A program made the position numbers and the translations under genes. From assembly GCA_964514585.1 (NCBI GenBank), contig CAZETU010000001.1, positions 225,309 to 289,308 on the forward strand: DNA of 64,000 bases. The letters run 5' to 3'. Shown in pieces: positions 29,591 to 38,069 of the stretch (position 1 is the stretch's first letter; each line of letters begins with the position of its first letter). This DNA is from Candidatus Woesearchaeota archaeon (GTDB taxonomy: Archaea > Nanobdellota > Nanobdellia > Pacearchaeales > GW2011-AR1). The notes beneath the pieces were generated by a model. That model worked only from the letters and a program-made list of their open reading frames with translations. It made no database searches and was not told the origin of the DNA.

Positions 29591-30280
29591 TTAGAATTCA
29601 AGAATTGTGAAATCCCCTTCAGAACCTAAATTAATAACCTTAGTTTTCCCAATTTTTGATTGTCCTCGAGCCTCATGGATATGTCCACACAAAACAAGTT
29701 TAGGCTGATATCTACGAATAGCTTTCAATAATATTTTGGAACCAACATGCTTCCCAGAGTGAATTTTATCAACATGACCAAAAGGTGGAGCATGAGATAG
29801 TAAAACAGAATTTTTGTATTTCTTCAGCAATTCAGAAAGTTTCAAAAATCTCTTATTATTCAAATCATTACTATAAAATCCCTTAAATTTTTCCTCAAGC
29901 CAAAAGTGAGAATGCTTTTCATAAATCATATCGAACAAAACAAAAACTTTTTTCTTTATTTTAACTGCCCCCGTTTCCCTATAATAAAGATTCTTATTTT
30001 TGAATTTTCTAAGCAAGTCCTTAAAATATTTAGAGCCCTCCTGTGTTAAAAACATATTGCCCTTAAAAATAATTAGAGGAAGCCCACAAGAAAGAAGTTT
30101 TTTCAAAACCGCCTCACCTTTTTTCAAATCAGGAAATCCTCCTTTATTCTTACTTCTCTTGATTGGGAAAACTTCCCCAACGCAAATAATCAACTCAATC
30201 TCATACTTCTTAATCAAACTGTCAATATTCTTTGGAAGCTTTCCGTGAGGATCACCAAGGGCAAGAACTTTCATACTCAA
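29591..30280 (-). CDS. Calcineurin-like metallophosphoesterase
   Basis: GDPHG, SHAPP and CGHIHE. Confidence 0.9.
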   Translation of the reverse strand: MSMKVLALGDPHGKLPKNIDSLIKKYEIELIICVGEVFPIKRSKNKGGFPDLKKGEAVLKKLLSCGLPLIIFKGNMFLTQEGSKYFKDLLRKFKNKNLYYRETGAVKIKKKVFVLFDMIYEKHSHFWLEEKFKGFYSNDLNNKRFLKLSELLKKYKNSVLLSHAPPFGHVDKIHSGKHVGSKILLKAIRRYQPKLVLCGHIHEARGQSKIGKTKVINLGSEGDFTILEF

Positions 30281-31809
30281 CTAAGAAATTTCACACTTTT
30301 AACTCTTCCTTTCTTAGAATCAAAATCAATCATAACCTGCGCCCGCTTCCCATAACCAGGATTAATCAACAAAGTCTTTCCCAATTTATCCCGCCCAGGA
30401 TGATCATGAATATGTCCACCAACACAAACCACAGGTTTAAACTTCGTGCAAAATTTCCGCGCAATCGTCGACCCTAAATGTTTCCCATAAGCATAAGACT
30501 TTTTGTCCATCACCCTATCCAACTTCGTCCCATTCGGAATATTATGACTAATAAAAAAAGTCGGCAACCGTTTATTTTTCCGACCCTTATGCGCCCCCTC
30601 CAACTTCCCAACAATCCTATCATGAGCTCTCTTTAATTTTTCAACCTGCTTCTTGCTATACTCCCCATTTTTTCTCTTACCAAAACTCTCCGGCGCACTA
30701 CTTAACCCATAACCAACAAAATTAATCCCACCAAACGGGGCGTTATGTAACATACAATTATGAACATTCTTCGTCCCCTTAATCAAATTAGAATTAATCT
30801 CATCTCCAGCCCACGAATCATAAAACCATTTCAAATAGCTATAACTACTTGCATCCAAATTCTTAATCCTCGACTTTCCATAACTCTGATCCCAATTCCC
30901 CCCAACCATAAAAATCGGTTTTCCAAAAGAATCAAGATACTTCAAAACCTTATTACCTTCCTCAACGGACATCTTCTCATAACTCTCTAGCTTCTTTCTG
31001 CTTCCCAAAATTTTAGAAGCAAATGCCTCAAAATCCAACGACGTATCAGTCGCCCCAACTTTTTTCAATTCCCTAAACCACTTCTTGTAAATCGGCGCAA
31101 TCTTCCGGTCATCACAAATATCCCCAACCAAAACCATACAACCAAAATCCCTATCCTTAATCACAGGTCGTCTCCCATGCAAATCACCAATCACTAGAAT
31201 TTTCATGCTATTCACTTTATGAGCAACCAAAACAGGATTATACCCCTGTCGCTTATTAATCTTAAACCCCTTCAGTAAATCTTTCTTAGAAAGAGTAATC
31301 AACCCATCTCTCGAGCACATAAAAAAATACTTATCCCCTTCCTTCTTGTAGGCAACAATCCAATGAGGGACCGAAGGTTTACCATTCTTCATATAAAAAC
31401 TAGAAGTCAGCACTGCAACACGATTTCCCGCAGCCAACAAAGCGTCTAACTTGTTCATAGGATCATCAAGCGCCTTAACCATTGAAGAAAATTTCTTATT
31501 CAAACCATTAAACCTCTTCCTAGCTGCAGCCTTATATTCAGTCTGTAACTTTTTAGGAATTTTCTCATGACGAATCATCAAGTCGAACATTTTATTATTT
31601 AATTTTTTAGAGCAAGTATAAATCGTCAAATCTACATTATGTTCTTTTGCCCAAACCAAAAAAGCAGAATAAGAAGACGCCTTAAATGGTTTAAGTTTCC
31701 CTGTCCGTGAAAGTCCCATCTCAATTTCTTTATTTGCCTTAATCCCAGCGAGGTTAATAAAAGCACAAGGTCCACAATTAAATGAAGATTTAGTAGTATA
31801 AACTTTCAT
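30277..31809 (-). CDS. Peptidase C39-like domain fused to a metallophosphoesterase
   Basis: N-terminal FNCGPCA...HWIV; C-terminal GDLHG, GDICD, GGNWD, SHNIP and GGHIHD; the junction HKVNS-MKILV is in frame. Confidence 0.75.
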   Translation of the reverse strand: MKVYTTKSSFNCGPCAFINLAGIKANKEIEMGLSRTGKLKPFKASSYSAFLVWAKEHNVDLTIYTCSKKLNNKMFDLMIRHEKIPKKLQTEYKAAARKRFNGLNKKFSSMVKALDDPMNKLDALLAAGNRVAVLTSSFYMKNGKPSVPHWIVAYKKEGDKYFFMCSRDGLITLSKKDLLKGFKINKRQGYNPVLVAHKVNSMKILVIGDLHGRRPVIKDRDFGCMVLVGDICDDRKIAPIYKKWFRELKKVGATDTSLDFEAFASKILGSRKKLESYEKMSVEEGNKVLKYLDSFGKPIFMVGGNWDQSYGKSRIKNLDASSYSYLKWFYDSWAGDEINSNLIKGTKNVHNCMLHNAPFGGINFVGYGLSSAPESFGKRKNGEYSKKQVEKLKRAHDRIVGKLEGAHKGRKNKRLPTFFISHNIPNGTKLDRVMDKKSYAYGKHLGSTIARKFCTKFKPVVCVGGHIHDHPGRDKLGKTLLINPGYGKRAQVMIDFDSKKGRVKSVKFLS

Positions 31810-31839
31810 ATCCAACCATCCAAAAACAATTATTTAAAT

Positions 31840-32385
31840 TTAAGCAAGTACTTCAACATCAAAGAAATCAGTAGCATAAGCAGAGCCGTCCATCTTCACA
31901 TCAATATGCATCCTAAACGTACAAAGCGGCGCATTCTCAGGAATAAAAAATCTAACAATCCCAAAATAAGAATCCCCAGGAGCAATCGTCATCTGATCAC
32001 TTCGCCCAGTCTTAAGCCAACCCTCAATCGCCTTTTCATCAACCCCACATTTCTTTCGAACATCAGGATCAGAAACAGTAACCTCATAACTAAACTTCCC
32101 AACCTCAGCAGTCCCCCTCACCAAATTCTTTATACCAAACGCAATACCCCAGTCCTCATTCTGCTCAATCTTCGCAATCTGATTCGGCAAATAAACAACA
32201 GTCCTCTTATCCTCAACAAACAACTTATTTATCTGCGCCTTAACCTTATCATTCATCTGCAAAATATTCTCACTCGACCCAGTAAAAATATTCTTAACCA
32301 AAACCAACCCCAAAATCAACATCGACATCGCCAAAACAATCACAACAATCGTCCCAATAGACAACTCTATCGCACCCTTTTTCAT
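31840..32385 (-). CDS. Type IV pilin-like protein (class III signal peptide)
   Basis: MKKG/AIELSIGTIVVIVLAMSMLILGLVLV, with Glu at +3 after the presumed G/A cleavage. Confidence 0.75.
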   Translation of the reverse strand: MKKGAIELSIGTIVVIVLAMSMLILGLVLVKNIFTGSSENILQMNDKVKAQINKLFVEDKRTVVYLPNQIAKIEQNEDWGIAFGIKNLVRGTAEVGKFSYEVTVSDPDVRKKCGVDEKAIEGWLKTGRSDQMTIAPGDSYFGIVRFFIPENAPLCTFRMHIDVKMDGSAYATDFFDVEVLA

Positions 32386-32432
32386 ACAAGTCTATCGTTT
32401 CTTTTCTTTATAAAAGTTATGGGAAAATAAAA

Positions 32433-32504
32433 TGGGACTGGGGAGAATCGAACTCCCTACACCACGGTCTTCAGCCGTGTGCTCTCCCAATGAGCTACAG
32501 CCCC
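32433..32504 (-). tRNA. tRNA-Phe (GAA)
   Basis: GGGGCTG/CAGTCCC acceptor stem, CACGG-CTGAAGA-CCGTG anticodon arm, GGGAG-TTCGATT-CTCCC T arm; no encoded CCA. Confidence 0.97.
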
Positions 32505-32704
32505 ATTCAATATCAAGAGAAAAGTTACTTTTTAAGTTTAATCATGAGGAGTGCGAGAATCGAACGTCTACACCGAACGATTAGGTCTGAACAAATTTAG
32601 AAATAATTGCAGACATGATTGTGAGTAGGTCTTCAGCCGTGTGCTCTCTCGGGTGAGCTACAGCCCCATTCAATATCAAGAGAAAAGTTACTTTTTAAGT
32701 TTAA
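32466..32704. repeat. Direct repeat of tRNA-Phe 5' half plus promoter (32466..32541 and 32628..32704)
   Basis: ~76-bp copies, identical except in the D-loop (ccaat vs tcgggt on the + strand). Confidence 0.95.
32545..32667 (-). pseudogene. Degenerate tRNA-Phe-like copy with an ~50-nt insertion after the anticodon
   Basis: Intact 5' half to GAAGAC, then an insertion, then the eroded 3' half CGGTGTAGACGTTCGATTCTCGCACTCCTCA. Confidence 0.65.
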
Positions 32705-32761
32705 TTACAAATAGTAAGGCTCTTCCAAAAACAATAAAAAGAAACTTTTCTTAACTCTACT

Positions 32762-33349
32762 ATGTCGAAACTAGGATTCGAAGCAAAAAGAAAATTAATC
32801 CACCTTCTTGGTCTCACATATGTTCTCATCTACTGGCTAGCCCTAAAACTTCTCGGCCACCGAATCGCAATGCTAATACTCCTTTGTATTTTAATAACTT
32901 TCATCACAATAGAATTTTTCAGAATCAAAGAACACATGAAAATCCCGATATTCCACGTTCTCTGGCGATCAAAAGAAGAAAACACCCTCGGCGGACAAGT
33001 TTATTTCATGCTCGGAATAATTATAGCACTAGGTTTATTTGAGTTCAACATAGCACTCGCAGTAATTTTGATGACAGTATTCGGAGATATGGCAGCCGCA
33101 ATATTCGGAATCGCCTTCGGTAAACACTGGATCAAGAGCCTACCAGACACAGCATGGGAGGGTTGCATCGCAGAATTCATAGTTGACGTTGCAATAGGAC
33201 TTTTCATAATCGGCGACCCAATTATCGCAATCCCAATGGCACTAATGGCAACAATCGTAGAAACAATCTTCCCTCACATTGACGACAACTTAGCAATTCC
33301 AGTCTTCGCAGGTTTCGTCGGCCAAGGATTAAAATTACTTTTCCCTTAA
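32762..33349 (+). CDS. Dolichol/phytol kinase-CTP transferase family membrane protein
   Basis: KRKLIHLLG, FGDMAAAIFG..FGK, WEGCIA and IDDNLAIP. Confidence 0.85.
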   Translation: MSKLGFEAKRKLIHLLGLTYVLIYWLALKLLGHRIAMLILLCILITFITIEFFRIKEHMKIPIFHVLWRSKEENTLGGQVYFMLGIIIALGLFEFNIALAVILMTVFGDMAAAIFGIAFGKHWIKSLPDTAWEGCIAEFIVDVAIGLFIIGDPIIAIPMALMATIVETIFPHIDDNLAIPVFAGFVGQGLKLLFP

Positions 33350-33365
33350 TCCAAGAAAAATAAAC

Positions 33366-33666
33366 AGTCAGTAGGAAATAGGCCGTGTTCTGTCAAATTC
33401 CGTAATCGGACAATTTGTACTAACATCTGACTAAGCGGGTGCAATAACCCTTGCATCAATCAGGGTGCTCGTTCCAGCCGAATTAAATCGGATCGTTTCT
33501 ATACCAGAGCCACGCCTCGCGACGCACGATTTTCATCGTTAATTCCCCTTCGGGCTTTAGCAAACTAAATTGCTAAGGATGCACGGACCTTCCTCAGCGT
33601 CCAGAAATCATTTCATTTCTCCAGCCTTTTAGACCAGGACACCGACAGTTAGCTATCCTACTGACT
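33366..33666 (-). ncRNA. rnpB: RNase P RNA
   Basis: Terminal P1 helix AGTCAGTAGGA/TCCTACTGACT; GAGGAAGGTCCG and ACAGAACACGGCCTAT form P4; ~300 nt; Pop5-like protein at 55099..55380. Confidence 0.93.
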
Positions 33667-33684
33667 AATATATCAAAGTAAAAA

Positions 33685-33700
33685 ACCTTTTTAAGTTTAG
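33685..33700 (-). promoter_or_regulatory. BRE/TATA-like promoter of rnpB
   Basis: CTAAACTTAAAAAGG about 20-35 nt upstream of P1; the same TAAACTTAAAAAG precedes both tRNA-Phe copies. Confidence 0.6.
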
Positions 33701-33716
33701 TTGTTCTACAAATTTC

Positions 33717-34205
33717 ATGATAAACAAAATCAAAGACAACGTCTTTCAATTAGGCTTTCAGATATTCGGCAGCACAGTATACCTAATAAAATTAAACAAT
33801 CAAAACATTCTAATCGACACATCCAGCGAAGAAAACAAGCAAGAACTAATCAACGACTTAAAAAAACTAAATATAACCCCAGAAAAAATAAACATATTAA
33901 TTCTAACCCACGATCATTGGGACCACATAGGGAACAACAGCCTTTTCACAAACGCAAAAATCATAACTAACGAAAACACATCCGACCTCCTACAAGAATT
34001 CAAAACAATTCAAACTCCAGGTCACACCACAGACTCATTCTGCATCCTCTACGAAGACATACTTTTTTCAGGCGACACGATTTTCCATCACGGTGGCAGA
34101 GGCAGAACAGATTTACCAGGCGGCAGCGAAGAACAAATATTAAACAGCATAAGAAAATTAAAAGACATAGATTACAAAATATTATGCCCAGGACACATCG
34201 ATTAA
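33717..34205 (+). CDS. MBL-fold metallo-hydrolase (glyoxalase II-like)
   Basis: [22 protein letters not shown] and LCPGH. Confidence 0.92.
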   Translation: MINKIKDNVFQLGFQIFGSTVYLIKLNNQNILIDTSSEENKQELINDLKKLNITPEKINILILTHDHWDHIGNNSLFTNAKIITNENTSDLLQEFKTIQTPGHTTDSFCILYEDILFSGDTIFHHGGRGRTDLPGGSEEQILNSIRKLKDIDYKILCPGHID

Positions 34206-34206
34206 A

Positions 34207-34623
34207 ATGAAAATCCACACAAAACAACTCCACATAAAAACCCCAAACCGAATAGACTTCGTAAACATAACAAACAAAATTCAAGAAATAGTCGACGAAT
34301 CAGAAGTTCAAGACGGCTTAGTCCTAATCAACCCAATGCATATCACAGCCTCAGTCTTTATCAACGACGCCGAATCAGGATTAATTCAAGATTTTAAAGA
34401 ATGGTTAGAAAAACTAGCTCCAAAAAATTTCAACTACCATCACCACCAAACAGGTGAAGACAACGGCTTTTCACATCTCTGGAGAACAATCATGGGAAGA
34501 GAAACAACTGTGGCAATAACAAACGGACAACTCGATTTCGGCACATGGGAACAAATTTTTTACGGCGAGTTCGACGGACAACGCGACAAAAGAATTCTAG
34601 TTAAAATAATTGGAGAACAATAA
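34207..34623 (+). CDS. yjbQ: YjbQ/UPF0047 family protein
   Basis: [18 protein letters not shown] and [15 protein letters not shown]. Confidence 0.9.
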   Translation: MKIHTKQLHIKTPNRIDFVNITNKIQEIVDESEVQDGLVLINPMHITASVFINDAESGLIQDFKEWLEKLAPKNFNYHHHQTGEDNGFSHLWRTIMGRETTVAITNGQLDFGTWEQIFYGEFDGQRDKRILVKIIGEQ

Positions 34624-34654
34624 TTCTTAAATAGTTTGTATTTCTGATTAATTT

Positions 34655-34780
34655 ATGGAAAAACTTGAGATTGCGACAGATATGGACGGCGCAGATCTCC
34701 GATGCAAAGGATGGTGCCACGATTTTAGCCCAGGAACTGTTGGTTACAAAAGTACTCCAGCAATAGAATATTTTGAATAA
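34655..34780 (+). CDS. Putative RiPP precursor peptide (41 aa)
   Basis: Manual translation MEKLEIATDMDGADLRCKGWCHDFSPGTVGYKSTPAIEYFE; fills the gap 32 nt before the rSAM/SPASM ATG. Confidence 0.7.
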   Translation: MEKLEIATDMDGADLRCKGWCHDFSPGTVGYKSTPAIEYFE

Positions 34781-34812
34781 ATTTTTATTTAATATTCTAG
34801 GAATAACCATAG

Positions 34813-36195
34813 ATGAAACTTTCCAAATTAGCCAGAATCTACGAATTTGGAGGTGAAGATAAATTTTATTATGTCATCCGCCATAGTATATTAAACAAGT
34901 CCTTCATTTTTTCCGAAGAAGAATATGAACAATTAATTGATTCTTTAAAATCAGGCGAAGACAACGATGTAATTCAAGAGCTAAGAGTAAATCATATAAT
35001 TGTCGGAAACAACTACAAAGAAGAAAAGTTTATCGATTTTTTAAAAGATAATTATAATTCCAACAAATTTAGTTTAGAAATTGTTTATCTAATATTTAAT
35101 TCCAATTGCAATCTAAAATGTAAATATTGCTATGTTGAAAAAAGTACAGACCCAAAATTCTCTCATCAATCAATGGATGAGCCTACCTTCGAAAAAACAA
35201 TGACATGTATAGAAAGAATAATATCTAAAGCAAACAAAAAGAAAATCAATTTCATTTTTTACGGATCAGAACCCTTAATGGCAAAAGATATGATTTCAAA
35301 AAGTCTAGAAAGAATATCGGCGGCCTGTAAAAACACAGAAACAGAAACAGAATTTAATATTACGACAAACGGGACATTATTTGATAATCAGATTCTAGAA
35401 ATATTCAAAAAGTACAAAGTCAAAGTTTCGGTGTCACTAGATGGACCAAAAGAAGTCAATGACCAAATGAGAGTGACCCAAGAAAACCATGGAACTTTCG
35501 AAGAAATATCCTCATCTCTAGAAATGTTAAATGAAAAAGAAATCCCTTTCGGTATATCATGTACGATAGGACCGCATAATATCAACACCCTAAAGGAAAA
35601 TATAGAACTCTTTAAAAAAATGGGGGCGACAAGCATCGGGTTCAATATATTACTCAATGCACGTTACTACAAAATTCCTCAAGTGCCATTAAACAAATTA
35701 AATGATAATCTTATTGCAGCTTCAGAAGTAGCAAGATTACAAGGCATTTATGAGGATCGCGTTCAAAGAAAATACAGAGCATTTCATAATTCAATCCCAA
35801 GATTAAAAGATTGTGGAGGTGTAGGAAATCAACTAGTTTTTTTCCCAAATGGAGACATTGGCGTTTGCGAAGCCCATTTGTGTAATCGAAAATACGAAGT
35901 AGGAACCGTCGACGACTTTGAATTAGACAACATTAAAAACAATGACATAATAAAACTCTGGACCGAAAGATATCCCCTTAATATGCCTGAATGCACATAT
36001 TGTCCAGCAATCGGAATCTGCGGAGGAGGCTGTCCCTTCAACGCCGAAACAAGAATGAAGAATTTAAAAAAACTAGACAAACCATTTTGCATTCACACAA
36101 CAAAAATTTTAGATTGGCTACTGGAAAAATCTGTCTCAGAAAAAACTGGAGAAAAAGACCTTTACATGAGAGACATTTCATTTATGTTCCAATAA
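34813..36195 (+). CDS. Radical SAM/SPASM-domain enzyme (probable peptide maturase)
   Basis: CNLKCKYC; SPASM C-X12-G-X4-C ... CX2CX5CX3C ... C; ~75-aa N-terminal extension before the rSAM motif. Confidence 0.93.
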   Translation: MKLSKLARIYEFGGEDKFYYVIRHSILNKSFIFSEEEYEQLIDSLKSGEDNDVIQELRVNHIIVGNNYKEEKFIDFLKDNYNSNKFSLEIVYLIFNSNCNLKCKYCYVEKSTDPKFSHQSMDEPTFEKTMTCIERIISKANKKKINFIFYGSEPLMAKDMISKSLERISAACKNTETETEFNITTNGTLFDNQILEIFKKYKVKVSVSLDGPKEVNDQMRVTQENHGTFEEISSSLEMLNEKEIPFGISCTIGPHNINTLKENIELFKKMGATSIGFNILLNARYYKIPQVPLNKLNDNLIAASEVARLQGIYEDRVQRKYRAFHNSIPRLKDCGGVGNQLVFFPNGDIGVCEAHLCNRKYEVGTVDDFELDNIKNNDIIKLWTERYPLNMPECTYCPAIGICGGGCPFNAETRMKNLKKLDKPFCIHTTKILDWLLEKSVSEKTGEKDLYMRDISFMFQ

Positions 36196-36229
36196 ATAAT
36201 TTTAAATGCTGCATAACCCTTTGAATTTA

Positions 36230-36679
36230 ATGAAAATAAGAAAAGCAACAAATAAAGATTTTGATCAATATCTAAAATTACGAAAAGAAGACATCTCAGA
36301 ATACTCCAATTTAATAAAAAAGAAAATTTCCTTAGTTCAAGATTTACAAATCAAAAAAGAGTTCGAAGGAATGTCAAAATCAAAAGAGCACCTTATCTTG
36401 GTCGCAGAAAAAGAAGGAAAACTCCTGGGCTATCTCACGGGATCAATTATTAAAAACATTTGGCAAAAGAGCGGCTATGTAGACGACATTTTCACCTCAA
36501 AAGAATTAAAAAGAAAAGGAATCGCCACGCACTTGATGAAATCATTTATTAAATTCCTCAAAGCAAAAAACATCAAAAAATGCAAGCTTGGGGTGAACAT
36601 AAAAAATAAAAAAGCAATAAAATTATACAAAAAACTCGGATTCAAGCTTTCTCATTACGAAATGGATCTTTCAATCTAA
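36230..36679 (+). CDS. GNAT N-acetyltransferase
   Basis: YVDDIFTSKELKRKGIATHLM...N.KAIKLYKKLGF; start at 36230 or 36206. Confidence 0.92.
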   Translation: MKIRKATNKDFDQYLKLRKEDISEYSNLIKKKISLVQDLQIKKEFEGMSKSKEHLILVAEKEGKLLGYLTGSIIKNIWQKSGYVDDIFTSKELKRKGIATHLMKSFIKFLKAKNIKKCKLGVNIKNKKAIKLYKKLGFKLSHYEMDLSI

Positions 36680-36690
36680 TCGACAACTAA

Positions 36691-37041
36691 TCAACCAGTC
36701 CGCTCTCTTTGCCCAGCGAGCCTAATAACAAACCTATACTCTTTCTTCCTTTTCGCATGTTTACTTCGATTCCAATTTTGCTTAACATACCTAATATGGG
36801 CCTTTCTCCCAGGGTAGTACTTAACATTTCCCAGGTCAGTTTCCAAATAACACTTCCTTGAACCCCGAGCCGAAAGATAAATACTCCCCCCTGTATATAA
36901 ATTAGAAATACTATCTACATGAACATCAGGGAAACTCCCATCCGGAGCAACAATATCTGCCCGCATCCTTTTAAGAAGACCAGTCACCTTTTCATTTTGC
37001 CTATTAGGCAAAACTCTCGTTGCAACAATATTATTTCTCAT
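36691..37041 (-). CDS. Hypothetical basic protein
   Basis: ORF only. Confidence 0.55.
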   Translation of the reverse strand: MRNNIVATRVLPNRQNEKVTGLLKRMRADIVAPDGSFPDVHVDSISNLYTGGSIYLSARGSRKCYLETDLGNVKYYPGRKAHIRYVKQNWNRSKHAKRKKEYRFVIRLAGQRERTG

Positions 37042-37078
37042 AAAACTACATAAAACAAAACACTTTAAATTTTTCTAA

Positions 37079-37438
37079 TTAAGCAAATTCCCTAACTTCA
37101 AAATAATCAGGTCTTATATTGATTTCAATTTGTTTTCCAAAATGGTTTTCATAAAGATTAACATATCTTAACGCAGCAACCCTAAACCTTCTTGTATTTT
37201 GAATAGTAATTGAAGATCCATCAAGATTAACAAAGCCAGCAACGCCAGACCCTCTTCTCGAATCCCCAAGTTTCCATCTAGTAGCGATAGTCCCAAGTTT
37301 CCCAGTTTCCATTCGAGGACTTCTAGAGTCTTTAGTTATAACAGTATCAGCCCTGTATTGTGGCCCAAAACTCTTACTAACAAATCGATTAACAACCCTA
37401 ATAGTTTCTTTGTGATCTCCAGGCGCCATACAATCCAC
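37079..37438 (-). CDS. Hypothetical protein
   Basis: ORF only. Confidence 0.55.
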   Translation of the reverse strand: MDCMAPGDHKETIRVVNRFVSKSFGPQYRADTVITKDSRSPRMETGKLGTIATRWKLGDSRRGSGVAGFVNLDGSSITIQNTRRFRVAALRYVNLYENHFGKQIEINIRPDYFEVREFA

Positions 37439-37500
37439 AGAAAATTAACCTATATAAGAATTATTGCGATTAACTTCATTAATCTCAATAATTTCATGAT

Positions 37501-37815
37501 TTAAAGAACTTCATAAAAATGACCATCACCAGTATATATAAAATGTCTAGCCTTCGTATCATATTTCTTGTTCAACCCAAAACAACCTAGCGCACAACCT
37601 CCAAGCATAAGAACAATATAAGGCCAAGTATCCCTCAATTTATCACCTGCCTGCTCCACCACTTTATTCAACGGAACAAACTTAAAATCATAATCATCAT
37701 GAATTTTCTTAGCCAAGCCAATAGTTCCAGCAGCCTGAATTAAGATACCCAAAATCAAAGCATTTCTTGCAAGGCCACGTCTACTCTTCCTAATATAATC
37801 TTTAACCATAAACAT
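37501..37815 (-). CDS. Hypothetical two-TM protein
   Basis: Two hydrophobic segments. Confidence 0.55.
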   Translation of the reverse strand: MFMVKDYIRKSRRGLARNALILGILIQAAGTIGLAKKIHDDYDFKFVPLNKVVEQAGDKLRDTWPYIVLMLGGCALGCFGLNKKYDTKARHFIYTGDGHFYEVL

Positions 37816-37885
37816 ACCAAGAAAAATAACTACTTAAAAGTTACTACACTCCCACATCTCAAATTCCAAAAAAATTATAACGATA

Positions 37886-37910
37886 TTGAGAACAGTATAA
37901 GAAATGCACT
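37886..37910 (-). other. 3' arm of the 23S pre-rRNA processing stem (pairs with ~40929..40953)
   Basis: tgagaacagtataagaaat is the exact reverse complement of atttcttatactgttctca upstream of the 23S. Confidence 0.8.
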
Positions 37911-37978
37911 AAAGAATAGCTCCTCACCAAGACTTACGTCTTAGTTAAAATCACTATGTCTAGATTTAATCACTTTCT

Positions 37979-38058
37979 CTCGGAATAAATTCCTCAAAAT
38001 TAAGTGAAGTGTAGATAAATAATATGCTTAATCATCCTCGAGAATAAATTCTCTCAAA
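37979..38058. repeat. Two similar hairpin units in the 23S trailer
   Basis: ctcggaataaattcctcaaa and ctcgagaataaattctctcaaa. Confidence 0.6.
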
Positions 38059-38069
38059 CAATCAAACAA

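Noticed and set aside
32545-32667. A functional intron-containing tRNA-Phe
   Set aside because: After removing the insert, the anticodon-stem 3' strand, T-stem and acceptor do not pair properly; kept only as a degenerate element.
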